A stretch of 64,000 nt of DNA, taken from Minisyncoccota bacterium (GTDB taxonomy: Bacteria; Patescibacteriota; Minisyncoccia; Phycocordibacterales; DATDWN01). Positions within the stretch are counted from its first letter, which is position 1; each line of letters opens with the position of its first letter. This document shows positions 9,340 to 17,873 of the stretch, piece after piece. A program made the translations under genes and the position numbers. The notes under the pieces are model-generated. The model worked only from the letters and a program-made list of their open reading frames with translations, was not told the origin of the DNA and ran no database searches. The stretch is from the NCBI GenBank assembly GCA_036517395.1, contig DATDWN010000016.1:11262-75261 (forward strand). The letters are read 5' to 3'.

Positions 9340-10185
9340 ATGAAAAAATATTTCCTAATTATTATTTTAATAATACTAGTAATTCCATCCGTCACTTTTG
9401 CTTCTTGGTGGAACCCTTTCACTTGGAAAGTCCCTGTTAAAAATAAATCTTCCCAAACAGTACCAGCTCGGCTAGCCACTACGACTCAAGCTAAAAGTGA
9501 GATTGAAGAATTAAAAAATCAACTCAAATTAGAAAGTGAAAAACGCCAAGAATTAGAAAAGAAAATTCAAACTACAAAGGAAAGTCCAAAAACTAAGACC
9601 CAGACAGTTTCTCCGCAACCATCTACATCAGTCCAAAAACCAGTAGAACAAAAAACCTTCACTACACCCAGTGGTAGTGTTATAGACTCCAGTGGAAATG
9701 TAATATCAACACCTAAAATAGACCAGACACAAACAACCGTTCAGCCCACTAGCGACCCAACCATAGGTCCTCGCTATTATGACTCTAAAAAAACTTGTAT
9801 CGGTCTCTCAGGTAGTCAATACTCTGATTGTGTAAACTATGCATTTAGCCCTCAAGTGCAACAAAAAGAAACTCAGCAAAACACGCAACAAAGGACTACT
9901 CAAGGTGAGACGATGTCCTACACTGAGGGAGCTAGGGCGAGAGCACAACAGGATTTAGTTACAGAATATAATAATGCTAAAGCTTATATAGACCAACAAA
10001 TTATTGATATAAAAAATAAGTATTATTTAGACCTAGAACAGAATAACAACCGAGCAGTTCCAATGTCTTTTATAGAAGGAATGGCACAAAAATTACTTAC
10101 AGATGCAAATAATAAAATTAATAAACTTATACTTCAGCAACAACAATTACAGCTTGATTATCAAATAAAACTAAATAATTTATAG
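9340..10185 (+). CDS. Secreted coiled-coil, Gln/Thr-rich protein
   Basis: Signal peptide, then WWNPFTW and coiled coils. Confidence 0.7.
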   Translation: MKKYFLIIILIILVIPSVTFASWWNPFTWKVPVKNKSSQTVPARLATTTQAKSEIEELKNQLKLESEKRQELEKKIQTTKESPKTKTQTVSPQPSTSVQKPVEQKTFTTPSGSVIDSSGNVISTPKIDQTQTTVQPTSDPTIGPRYYDSKKTCIGLSGSQYSDCVNYAFSPQVQQKETQQNTQQRTTQGETMSYTEGARARAQQDLVTEYNNAKAYIDQQIIDIKNKYYLDLEQNNNRAVPMSFIEGMAQKLLTDANNKINKLILQQQQLQLDYQIKLNNL

Positions 10186-10194
10186 ATACTGAAT

Positions 10195-10539
10195 ATGAAA
10201 AAATTAACTTTATTAATAGCATTATTCTGTTTCACTTTCTTTCCCTTAGTTTCTTTTGCTCACCCAGGAAGGACAGACTCATCAGGTTGCCACACCTGCA
10301 AGACTAATTGCCCTAATTGGGGGCTATCATATGGAGAGTATCATTGTCATAACTCCAAAGGCACTACCCAGCCCAAAGAGCCTATAAAGAGCACTTATGG
10401 GGCAAATGGGACCGGTTCCGTTTCTCCAGCTCCTGAGTATAAGACACCAAAGGTGGAGGCAGTTAAAACTAATACTCAAACAAGTGCGAAGACTGCAGAA
10501 AAAAGTAATTGGTTCACTCGATTATTTAGTTGGCTTTAA
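10195..10539 (+). CDS. YHYH-domain-like secreted protein
   Basis: Signal peptide then AHPGRTDSSGCHTC...YHCH. Confidence 0.8.
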   Translation: MKKLTLLIALFCFTFFPLVSFAHPGRTDSSGCHTCKTNCPNWGLSYGEYHCHNSKGTTQPKEPIKSTYGANGTGSVSPAPEYKTPKVEAVKTNTQTSAKTAEKSNWFTRLFSWL

Positions 10540-10547
10540 TAATTAAT

Positions 10548-10796
10548 ATGGAAAAGATAAAACAACAAAAATATGTAATTTTAATATCACTAATAATATT
10601 AGGGTTTGTTTTTTATTGGTTTGAATTAAGACCAAATAATATTAGAAAAGAGTGTATAAAAACTTATCCTGATGCTTTTAGAATACCGACTGATGATAAC
10701 GGTATTGGTCGTTTAATAAGTGTCGGTAACTATAAAGGTAGTATTGATAAAGCAGGTTATGAAAAATGTCTACGGGAAAATGGTTTAGATAGATAA
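10548..10796 (+). CDS. Small membrane-anchored protein
   Basis: N-terminal TM, two Cys. Confidence 0.6.
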   Translation: MEKIKQQKYVILISLIILGFVFYWFELRPNNIRKECIKTYPDAFRIPTDDNGIGRLISVGNYKGSIDKAGYEKCLRENGLDR

Positions 10797-10802
10797 AATT
10801 AT

Positions 10803-11114
10803 ATGAGAATTAATAAAATATTATCAATAGTATCTGGAGTAATGCTTCTACTGGCAATTCCATCTATGTGGCCATATGGTTATTATCAATTACTTCGATG
10901 GGTAGTCTCAATAGTCGGAATTTCTAACGCTTATCAGACTTATAAATTAAATTCAAAAGGTTGGGCAATAACAATGGTAGTTATAGCTATTCTTTTTAAT
11001 CCCATAGAACCATTAATTTTCTCAAAAGGAACTTGGATTTTATTTGATTTAGCTACAGCTTTTATTATGTTTACGATGTCGTCTAAATTCAAAAATGAAG
11101 TAATAAAAAATTAA
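10803..11114 (+). CDS. Small multi-TM protein (DUF6804-like)
   Basis: PYGYYQLLRWVV...ILFNPI...W..D pattern. Confidence 0.7.
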   Translation: MRINKILSIVSGVMLLLAIPSMWPYGYYQLLRWVVSIVGISNAYQTYKLNSKGWAITMVVIAILFNPIEPLIFSKGTWILFDLATAFIMFTMSSKFKNEVIKN

Positions 11115-11119
11115 TTAAT

Positions 11120-11305
11120 ATGAGAAACTTAATAGCACTTATATCTACAGAAGGAAAGTCTCCGGAACAAATTAAAAAAGAGACAGTTTTGGCATTTCAA
11201 AAATATCAGGAAGTAAAAAGCCAAGTTGAAAAGCAATTAAAAGAAACCCAAAAGGAAGTGAGATCACAGATAGTCTTTATTCCGAAGTTTGTCCCAAAAA
11301 AATAG
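11120..11305 (+). CDS. Small hypothetical protein
   Basis: 61-aa ORF, last gene of the operon. Confidence 0.5.
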   Translation: MRNLIALISTEGKSPEQIKKETVLAFQKYQEVKSQVEKQLKETQKEVRSQIVFIPKFVPKK

Positions 11306-11595
11306 GATTTTAGAAAGAGTCGTCATTCATAGATGTCTGTACATCAAAATGAACTTTTACCTCCTAAAAACTCTTCTAAAATGCTGTATTACTTCAAAAA
11401 TGTGGATAACTTGACCTTTTTATGTATGTGGAATAGTATAATGAACCTACACGAATGTACCGTGCTCTATAATTCCTTACGGTACACATACACAAATAAT
11501 TATGTTTTCTTGCCACTTTTTTCTGATAAAGAGAAAAAAGTCTGCGGTCTCCGTGAGGAGCTCTTTTTTATTATATAAAATTTCGGCGTAAGATG

Positions 11596-11698
11596 TGAGC
11601 TGGATAGGACTCGAACCTATATCATGACCTTAGAATGGTCAGCCCTGGGGAGGGTATAGTTTTCAAGACTACTGTTCTATCCATTGAACTACCAGCCC
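11596..11698 (-). tRNA. Atypical 103-nt tRNA-like RNA with two anticodon-like arms (TGA and TCT)
   Basis: GGGCTGG/CCAGCTC acceptor, GTTC/GAAC D-arm, GTAGT-CTTGAAA-ACTAT, CCCT-CCCC-AGGG, TGACC-ATTCTAA-GGTCA, ATAGG-TTCGAGT-CCTAT. Confidence 0.75.
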
Positions 11699-12448
11699 AC
11701 ATCCTACTCCAAAATTTGGAGTAGAGAAAAACCAATTAAAGTTTTTTCTTTTTATCAGAAGTGCCTTTCTTCTTTGCGGGAGGGGGCATTTTCTGTTTTT
11801 CCTCGTCAACTTCAAAACAAAACGCTCTCAGACCTTTTTCCCATGCATAAAGTATTTTTCCGTTACGCAAAGTAATAAAAGGTCTACATATGAGTGTAGC
11901 CACTTTATTTTATCTATCTGTATCCTAATAATGCCTTTGCTCTTTAGGCGAGCCGTTACGGCTGACACAATTTTCCGTTGGTATAGTTTAGATTACTTAT
12001 TATATAGCTAATCTTATAAACCCAACTCGGCTTTTTGCTTTAGGAACGATTTAGTGGACAGCACTCTGGGAGTTACCCCTCAAGTTTACACCTGGGAAAG
12101 TTTCCTTCCCCAAAATGCTTTCCACCAAATCTTTCAAAAAACATCTTGTCGAGTGCTGTCCACCAATGACTTATTCATCGGTACCATAATTATACTACAT
12201 ACAGTTTTCATTGCAAATAAAATTTCAATATAAAGTTGTGGACAGCCCAAAAAATCAGAAAAATAAAAAATAGATTTTGACTAATCTGTTTTTATAGAAA
12301 AGCTTGGGTAGGGTATGTACCCCCCCACCCCAAAAACACCCTTTATTGCATGGGATGACCTATTGGCGGTATTTCCTCACCACCCCCTGCCAAAGTCGGG
12401 GGTAGATGCACCTCCACCCCCTGGACCATATACGAAGCTTGGAGCGTG

Positions 12449-12526
12449 TTATGTTAAGATTGGTACATAAAACATTGTGTTTTGGCTCTCATACCAAGTT
12501 CTAACAGCCTCAACAGTGTTCCGCAT
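12449..12526 (-). other. Detached 3' end of the integrase gene at the right attachment site
   Basis: Reads MRNTVEAVRTWYESQNTMFYVPILT* in frame from the shared ATG-CGG (CCGCAT) core. Confidence 0.7.
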
Positions 12527-12536
12527 ATACGACGAA

Positions 12537-12563
12537 CCCCACGCGCTCAGCTTACGCGTGGGG
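12537..12563 (+). terminator. Hairpin just right of the element, probably the original tRNA-Trp downstream hairpin
   Basis: CCCCACGCG-N9-CGCGTGGGG; no clear U-tract. Confidence 0.45.
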
Positions 12564-12809
12564 ACAGGCTGGTAGCTCTCAGGAGAACAGTGATACTACC
12601 AACCATCGAAGAAGGAACGGGAAACCGAAGACGATCACTATGGTCATGATGACCATGCCAAGCAGTAGGGCTTGGCCGTCATGCTCAGTGCAAGACTCGG
12701 GACTGGTCACAATTACCCTCCACTATTCTTTTTACTACAAAACCAATTTTTAATCAACCCTGTAGTGAGTTTCGCTCTACTACGGGGCAAGGAATCTCTT
12801 AATTTCTCT

Positions 12810-13694
12810 CTAAATCCTAGTTATTTCACCAGGTTTAAACCATTTTATTCTTTTGTCTCTCTTAAACCAGACCATTTGGCGTTTGGCATAGTGCCAGATT
12901 TCGGTTTCGAGTTTTTTGATAAAGTTTTCTTTCGTAATTTTCTTTTCCATAAAATCGGCGAGATATCTATACTCCAAACCAAGCTCTCTCATACGTTTCC
13001 AAGATAGGCCGTTTTTATGTAGATTTTTTGCCTCGGTTATCATGCCTGCTCTAATTCGCGCGAATAGGCGAACATGTATTCTCTTTTTTAATTCTTTATC
13101 AGGCAACCTCAATCCTATTTGTAAAAATTTGTAAGGATTTTCACCCATTTTTATTTCCGGAGTTCTGCCTAGTGCTGTTGCAATTTCAATGGCTCGTATT
13201 AGTCTCACAGGGTTTTTAATATCAATATTTGAAAATCGTCTTGGGTCTAATTTAACCAAGATTGTTTGTAATTCCGCCAAACCTTTTTTCTCTAATTTTT
13301 TTCGCAATACTTTATTTGGTGGTACTTCTGGTAGGATAACATTTTCAACTATTGATTGAATATAAAATCCAGTGCCCCCACAGATTATGGGCAGTTTGCC
13401 TCGAGAGATTATGTTTTTAATTATTTTTTCCGTTTTTTCCTTCCATTCGCTTACCGTAAAAACTTTTTTTGGCGATACTATGTCTAGCATATGGTGGGGA
13501 ACACCTCGCATCTCTTTTTTCGTAATTTTTCCCGTACCGATATCCAAATCTTTGTAAACCTGTCTCGAATCAGCAGAAATCACCTCGCCCTTATATTTTC
13601 GAGCGAGTTTTACAGCCAAACCGCTCTTGCCCGTGGCTGTTGGGCCAAGAATTACAAGAATTTTAGAACTATTTTTGCTTGATTTTTCTCTCAT
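12810..13694 (-). CDS. miaA: tRNA dimethylallyltransferase
   Basis: GPTATGKS, SADSRQVY, GGTGFY, YAKRQ. Confidence 0.97.
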   Translation of the reverse strand: MREKSSKNSSKILVILGPTATGKSGLAVKLARKYKGEVISADSRQVYKDLDIGTGKITKKEMRGVPHHMLDIVSPKKVFTVSEWKEKTEKIIKNIISRGKLPIICGGTGFYIQSIVENVILPEVPPNKVLRKKLEKKGLAELQTILVKLDPRRFSNIDIKNPVRLIRAIEIATALGRTPEIKMGENPYKFLQIGLRLPDKELKKRIHVRLFARIRAGMITEAKNLHKNGLSWKRMRELGLEYRYLADFMEKKITKENFIKKLETEIWHYAKRQMVWFKRDKRIKWFKPGEITRI

Positions 13695-13715
13695 TTCCGT
13701 TATTATACATTACAT

Positions 13716-13801
13716 GTCGGAGTGGCGGAACGGTAGACGCGATGGACTCAAAATCCATTGATGGCAACATCATGAGAGTTCAAGTCTCTCCTCCGACACC
13801 A
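13716..13801 (+). tRNA. tRNA-Leu(CAA)
   Basis: Cloverleaf with long variable arm, ATGGA-CTCAAAA-TCCAT, encoded CCA. Confidence 0.95.
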
Positions 13802-13807
13802 GTTTAA

Positions 13808-15130
13808 TTAATCCAAGACTTTTATATTTGCTCCAATAGCGTTTAGTCTTTCAGCTATATTTTCATATCCGCGTTTTATGGAATACACATTGCGCAAAGT
13901 GGATTCTCCCTTAGCACCGAGCATCGCAACCAAAATCATCGTTGCTGGGCGTAGAGCGGGGGGACACACAAGATCATTTCCCTTCAGATCTGTTGGCCCC
14001 TGGACAAAAACTCTATGTTGATCAGCTAAAACAATATTTGCGCCAAGGTGATTTAACTCGGTAAAATAAATTGCCCGATTTTCCCACATCCAATCATGAA
14101 TCAGTGTCGTGCCGTTAGTCGCTGTAGCAATAGGCACAAAAAACGGCAAATTATCACTGTTAATTCCAGGATATGCCGAGGCGTGGATTTTTTCGCCTAA
14201 AGCTTGGAGTAGGGAAGGGTGGATCGTGATGTCGCACAAACGAGTTCGGCCGTTTTGAGCGAAATATATTTCTGATTTTTCATAATTTAGTCCCATTTTC
14301 TCAAGTTTCAAAAGTTCAAGGGATAAAAAGTCAATCGGGCATCGTGTTATAGACAACGTGGAGCCTGTGACAATAGCGGCAGAAATAAACATCATTGATT
14401 CTGTCGGGTCTTCGCTGTTGAAATACTCTATGGGTTTGTTTATCTCCTTTATTCCATGGACTACAAGAGTCGATGTGCCAATTCCGTCAATTATTACTCC
14501 GCATTTTTCCAAGAAAAAACAAACCTCTTGGACTTGGTAGTTCGGTGGGGTAAATCGCAAAGTGGTTTGGCTGGGAATCAATGCTGAAGTCAAAAGAAGA
14601 TTTTCTGTAGCGGTGTCTGAGGCTTCGTAGAGGACAATGTCCGCTGGTTTCAATTTATTACAGGAAATTTCGTAATAGGATTCTTTTGTCAAAATTTTTA
14701 CACCCAATGATTCCAAACCATATTTGTGAGCGGCAATAGTTCGCTGTCCCATTTTACATCCGCCGGCGTGTGGTAGGCTAAATTTTTTCTCGAAATGTAT
14801 TAAAGCTCCGATTCCCATTATTATTGAACGGATTCTACTAGATGCCTTACTGTTTATTTTTTCAATATGAAACTTTTTGGGTGGAGTAATTCTAACAGAG
14901 TTTTTTCCAATCCATTCCACTTTTACTCCTATGCTTTCAAATATTTCTATAATACGAAATATTTCCTCTATGCGAGGAATACCATGCAGTATGGTCTCTG
15001 CTTTATTCAGAAGTGATGCACAAAACAGTCCCATGGCACCGTTTTTGGAAGTGTTTGTCTGTATCGTGCCAGAAAGTTTCCTCCCTCCGACTATCTTGAA
15101 ATTGTCAGTTTCGCTTGTTGTTTTTTCCAT
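13808..15130 (-). CDS. murA: UDP-N-acetylglucosamine 1-carboxyvinyltransferase
   Basis: SKNGA, GGCKMGQR, ATEN, YPG..D, RGYE. Confidence 0.92.
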   Translation of the reverse strand: MEKTTSETDNFKIVGGRKLSGTIQTNTSKNGAMGLFCASLLNKAETILHGIPRIEEIFRIIEIFESIGVKVEWIGKNSVRITPPKKFHIEKINSKASSRIRSIIMGIGALIHFEKKFSLPHAGGCKMGQRTIAAHKYGLESLGVKILTKESYYEISCNKLKPADIVLYEASDTATENLLLTSALIPSQTTLRFTPPNYQVQEVCFFLEKCGVIIDGIGTSTLVVHGIKEINKPIEYFNSEDPTESMMFISAAIVTGSTLSITRCPIDFLSLELLKLEKMGLNYEKSEIYFAQNGRTRLCDITIHPSLLQALGEKIHASAYPGINSDNLPFFVPIATATNGTTLIHDWMWENRAIYFTELNHLGANIVLADQHRVFVQGPTDLKGNDLVCPPALRPATMILVAMLGAKGESTLRNVYSIKRGYENIAERLNAIGANIKVLD

Positions 15131-15241
15131 CAGGCGGATTATAGCATATCGATTATGCATTAATCATTTGAGCTCATAGTTGTTCCGTGATATTATTATT
15201 GGACTTTCACACTTTATACTTTCAACTTTTAACTAATCATC

Positions 15242-16276
15242 ATGTCACAATTTTATAACGATTCTATTTTCTGGGTTGATGTGGACAAAATACATCCAAA
15301 CCCCTTTCAGCCAAGGCGGGAGTTTGACCCCGCTCAAATGCAAAGCCTTTCTGACTCCATAAGACAGTACGGTGTGTTGCAGGCCCTTGTCGTAACTCGT
15401 GTAGAAAAGCCAAAAGAGGACGGGGGACTGGCTGTGGAGTATGAACTCATAGCAGGTGAGCGCCGTCTTCGCGCCTCTAAACTGGCTGGACTTTCACAGG
15501 TGCCTGTTCTGATAAAAGTGGGAGATGAAGGCAACGACTTGATGAAACTTGAGCTGGCTATAATAGAAAACATTCAGCGCGAGGATCTCAATCCTGTTGA
15601 TCGTGCTCGTGCTTTCCAGCGTTTGATAGACGAGTTTGGTTTTACACACACGGCAATCGCCAAAAAAGTTGGAAAGAGTCGCGAGTATGTTTCCAACTCT
15701 GTCCGTCTTCTTGCTCTTCCTCCTGAAATTTTGGACGCACTATCTCAAGGTAAAATTTCCGAAGGGCACGCTAGACCTCTCATGATGCTCGGTGACAGAC
15801 CAGAAGAACAGAATACGTTGTTTAAAGAAATAATGTTCAGAAAGCTTACTGTTCGCGAGGCAGAAGCCATAAGTCGTCGTATCGCTTATGACAAAATCAG
15901 GAAGAAGGGTGCAACTCTTGACCCGGAAACACAGGAAATGGAAGAGAAACTAACCGAGACACTTGGTACGCGAGTTTCCATAGAAAAGCGTGAAAACGGT
16001 GGTAAGATTTTGATAGATTTTTTCTCAACTGAAGATCTGAAGGGGATATTGGAACTTTTGAAATCAAATAAAACAAAATCCCCAACAGAACTTCTAGACA
16101 AGCACATAGGAGCCAACCCGATCCCGCCAGTAAACGAATTTGTCCCAAACTATGTTCGCGACGAAAAACTAGCTGATATGACGCTGGCTGACTTGGATGA
16201 CAGAACTCCAGAGCAAAAGAAGCAAGAAGAGAATAGTGAGGATGAGATATACTCGATAAAAAATTTTAGTATATAA
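15242..16276 (+). CDS. parB: ParB/Spo0J partition protein
   Basis: PNPFQPRR, AGERRLRA, ENIQREDL, HTH. Confidence 0.95.
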   Translation: MSQFYNDSIFWVDVDKIHPNPFQPRREFDPAQMQSLSDSIRQYGVLQALVVTRVEKPKEDGGLAVEYELIAGERRLRASKLAGLSQVPVLIKVGDEGNDLMKLELAIIENIQREDLNPVDRARAFQRLIDEFGFTHTAIAKKVGKSREYVSNSVRLLALPPEILDALSQGKISEGHARPLMMLGDRPEEQNTLFKEIMFRKLTVREAEAISRRIAYDKIRKKGATLDPETQEMEEKLTETLGTRVSIEKRENGGKILIDFFSTEDLKGILELLKSNKTKSPTELLDKHIGANPIPPVNEFVPNYVRDEKLADMTLADLDDRTPEQKKQEENSEDEIYSIKNFSI

Positions 16277-16290
16277 ATGTAAAAAATAAA

Positions 16291-16430
16291 CCTCGTCGAA
16301 CCAAATCTTTTGGAAGACTCCGCAGACGATTTGGAAATTAAGAAGGTAATCCGACTATAATTTCCTAGATCGTCGAGGCTAAGCAAAATCGTACCAACGA
16401 TTTATGCGGTCTGGAAAAAGGGTTGGTGAG
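16291..16430. repeat. Long imperfect palindrome (GGTAATCCGA family)
   Basis: Internal motif shared with 39694-39852. Confidence 0.55.
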
Positions 16431-16438
16431 TAAGAGAT

Positions 16439-17839
16439 TTATTTTTTACTGTCCAAGGCGTTATTGATTCGCCTCTTTGCCATTGTTGTCTTGCAAAACG
16501 GCAACCATTTTTGATTTGGTTTGGCACTTTTTTTGGTTTCTATCTCCACCCGATCACCACTAACCAGTGTGCTTGTTATGGCTACCATCTTTCCATTGAC
16601 CTTTGCTCCTGACATATGGTCACCGACGTCGGTGTGTATTGCATAGGCAAAGTCTATGGTCGAAGAACCCTTTGGCAGATCAATAACATCGCCGATGGGC
16701 GTGAAGACAAAAATACGTTCTTCAAAAAAGTCATGTTTGATTCCTTCTACGAATTCATCCCCAGCCTCTTTTTGATATTCGATCAGCTCTTTAATCCATC
16801 CCGCCACACCTTCTTCTTTATATGATAGATGCGAGGCTATTCCATGCTCGGCTTCTTTATGCATATCTTCCGTTCGTATCTGAACTTCGATAATACCTCC
16901 GTCACCGGTAAATATAGTGGTGTGGATAGATTTGTAACCATTTAACTTTGGTGAGGCAATATAGTCCTTGATCCTTCCCGGAAGAGGTCTCCATGAACCA
17001 TGTATTATGCCTAGTATTTTATAGCAATCAGAAAGTTTCGAAACAATTATTCTCAAAGCCGAGATATCATAAATGTTTTCTACATTTTCCTTGTACTTCT
17101 GCATTTTCTTGTAGAGGGAATATATGCTTTTGACACGGTGGTCCATGCTGAAATCGGTGATACCGTTTTTGGCCAACTCTTTCTTTAAGGATTTTTGAAA
17201 TTTGTCCAGATGCTTTTCCACTTCTCCTCTTTTCTCTTTCATTATTTTTTTTATCTCTTTTGATTTTTCCGGATAAAGATAAGCAAAAGACAAATCCTCC
17301 AACTCTCTTTGCAGTTTTTTGATTCCTAATCGGTATGCTAAAGGGGCGTATATTTCCAGAGTCTCTTGGGCGATGCTAAGTTGTTTCTCTTTTGGAAGAA
17401 ACTCCAAGGTTTGCATATTGTGTAAGCGATCACAGAGCTTTATGATTAATACTCTCAAGTCTTTTGAGACCGCTAAGAAAAATTTACGTAAACTTTCATT
17501 GTATCGGTTTGTACCCCCGTATTTTATTTTTCCAAGTTTTGTCACACCCTCCACAAGAAATAAAATCTCATCACCAAACTCCTTTTTTATATCCTCTGCT
17601 GTAGTTTTCCTATCTTCTATGCAGTCATGCAAAAAGCCAGCAGCAATAGTTGAGACTCCCATACCCAGTTCGGCGATATTTTTTGCTACTGCAAAGAGGT
17701 GATCAAAATATGGCCCACCGCTTTTTCGGAGATGACCCTCATGAGCTTTTTGGCTAAAAGCATAGGCTTTTTGGATTAAATCAAGATCTTTTGGGCTTGG
17801 ATTATCCAAAAAAGATGTAATTTCTTTTACATTGTTCAT
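16439..17839 (-). CDS. Short RelA/SpoT homologue (HD hydrolase + synthetase + TGS)
   Basis: R.SG.PY..H, LHDCIED, DRLHNM, GYKSIHT, EVQIRT, DFAYAIHT. Confidence 0.93.
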   Translation of the reverse strand: MNNVKEITSFLDNPSPKDLDLIQKAYAFSQKAHEGHLRKSGGPYFDHLFAVAKNIAELGMGVSTIAAGFLHDCIEDRKTTAEDIKKEFGDEILFLVEGVTKLGKIKYGGTNRYNESLRKFFLAVSKDLRVLIIKLCDRLHNMQTLEFLPKEKQLSIAQETLEIYAPLAYRLGIKKLQRELEDLSFAYLYPEKSKEIKKIMKEKRGEVEKHLDKFQKSLKKELAKNGITDFSMDHRVKSIYSLYKKMQKYKENVENIYDISALRIIVSKLSDCYKILGIIHGSWRPLPGRIKDYIASPKLNGYKSIHTTIFTGDGGIIEVQIRTEDMHKEAEHGIASHLSYKEEGVAGWIKELIEYQKEAGDEFVEGIKHDFFEERIFVFTPIGDVIDLPKGSSTIDFAYAIHTDVGDHMSGAKVNGKMVAITSTLVSGDRVEIETKKSAKPNQKWLPFCKTTMAKRRINNALDSKK

Positions 17840-17873
17840 TCCCCAATTGTAGTCAAAATAGGATAGATTACAA

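Larger units (their letters stand above)
783..12526. mobile_element. ~11.7 kb integrative element (serine-recombinase island or phage-satellite-like) inserted at the tRNA-Trp 3' end
   Basis: CCGCAT core repeated at 783-788 and 12521-12526; recombinase, AAA ATPase and AT-rich accessory genes lie between; no capsid, terminase or conjugation genes recognised. Confidence 0.8.

Noticed and set aside
11596-11698. Ordinary intron-containing tRNA
   Set aside because: The 31-nt extra segment is far too short for a group I/II intron, I see no clear bulge-helix-bulge, and it forms canonical-looking arms.
12365-12392. tRNA-3'-like CCCCTGCCA as the right attachment site
   Set aside because: Poor match to tRNA-Trp; the CCGCAT site at 12521 also restores the integrase frame and a downstream hairpin.
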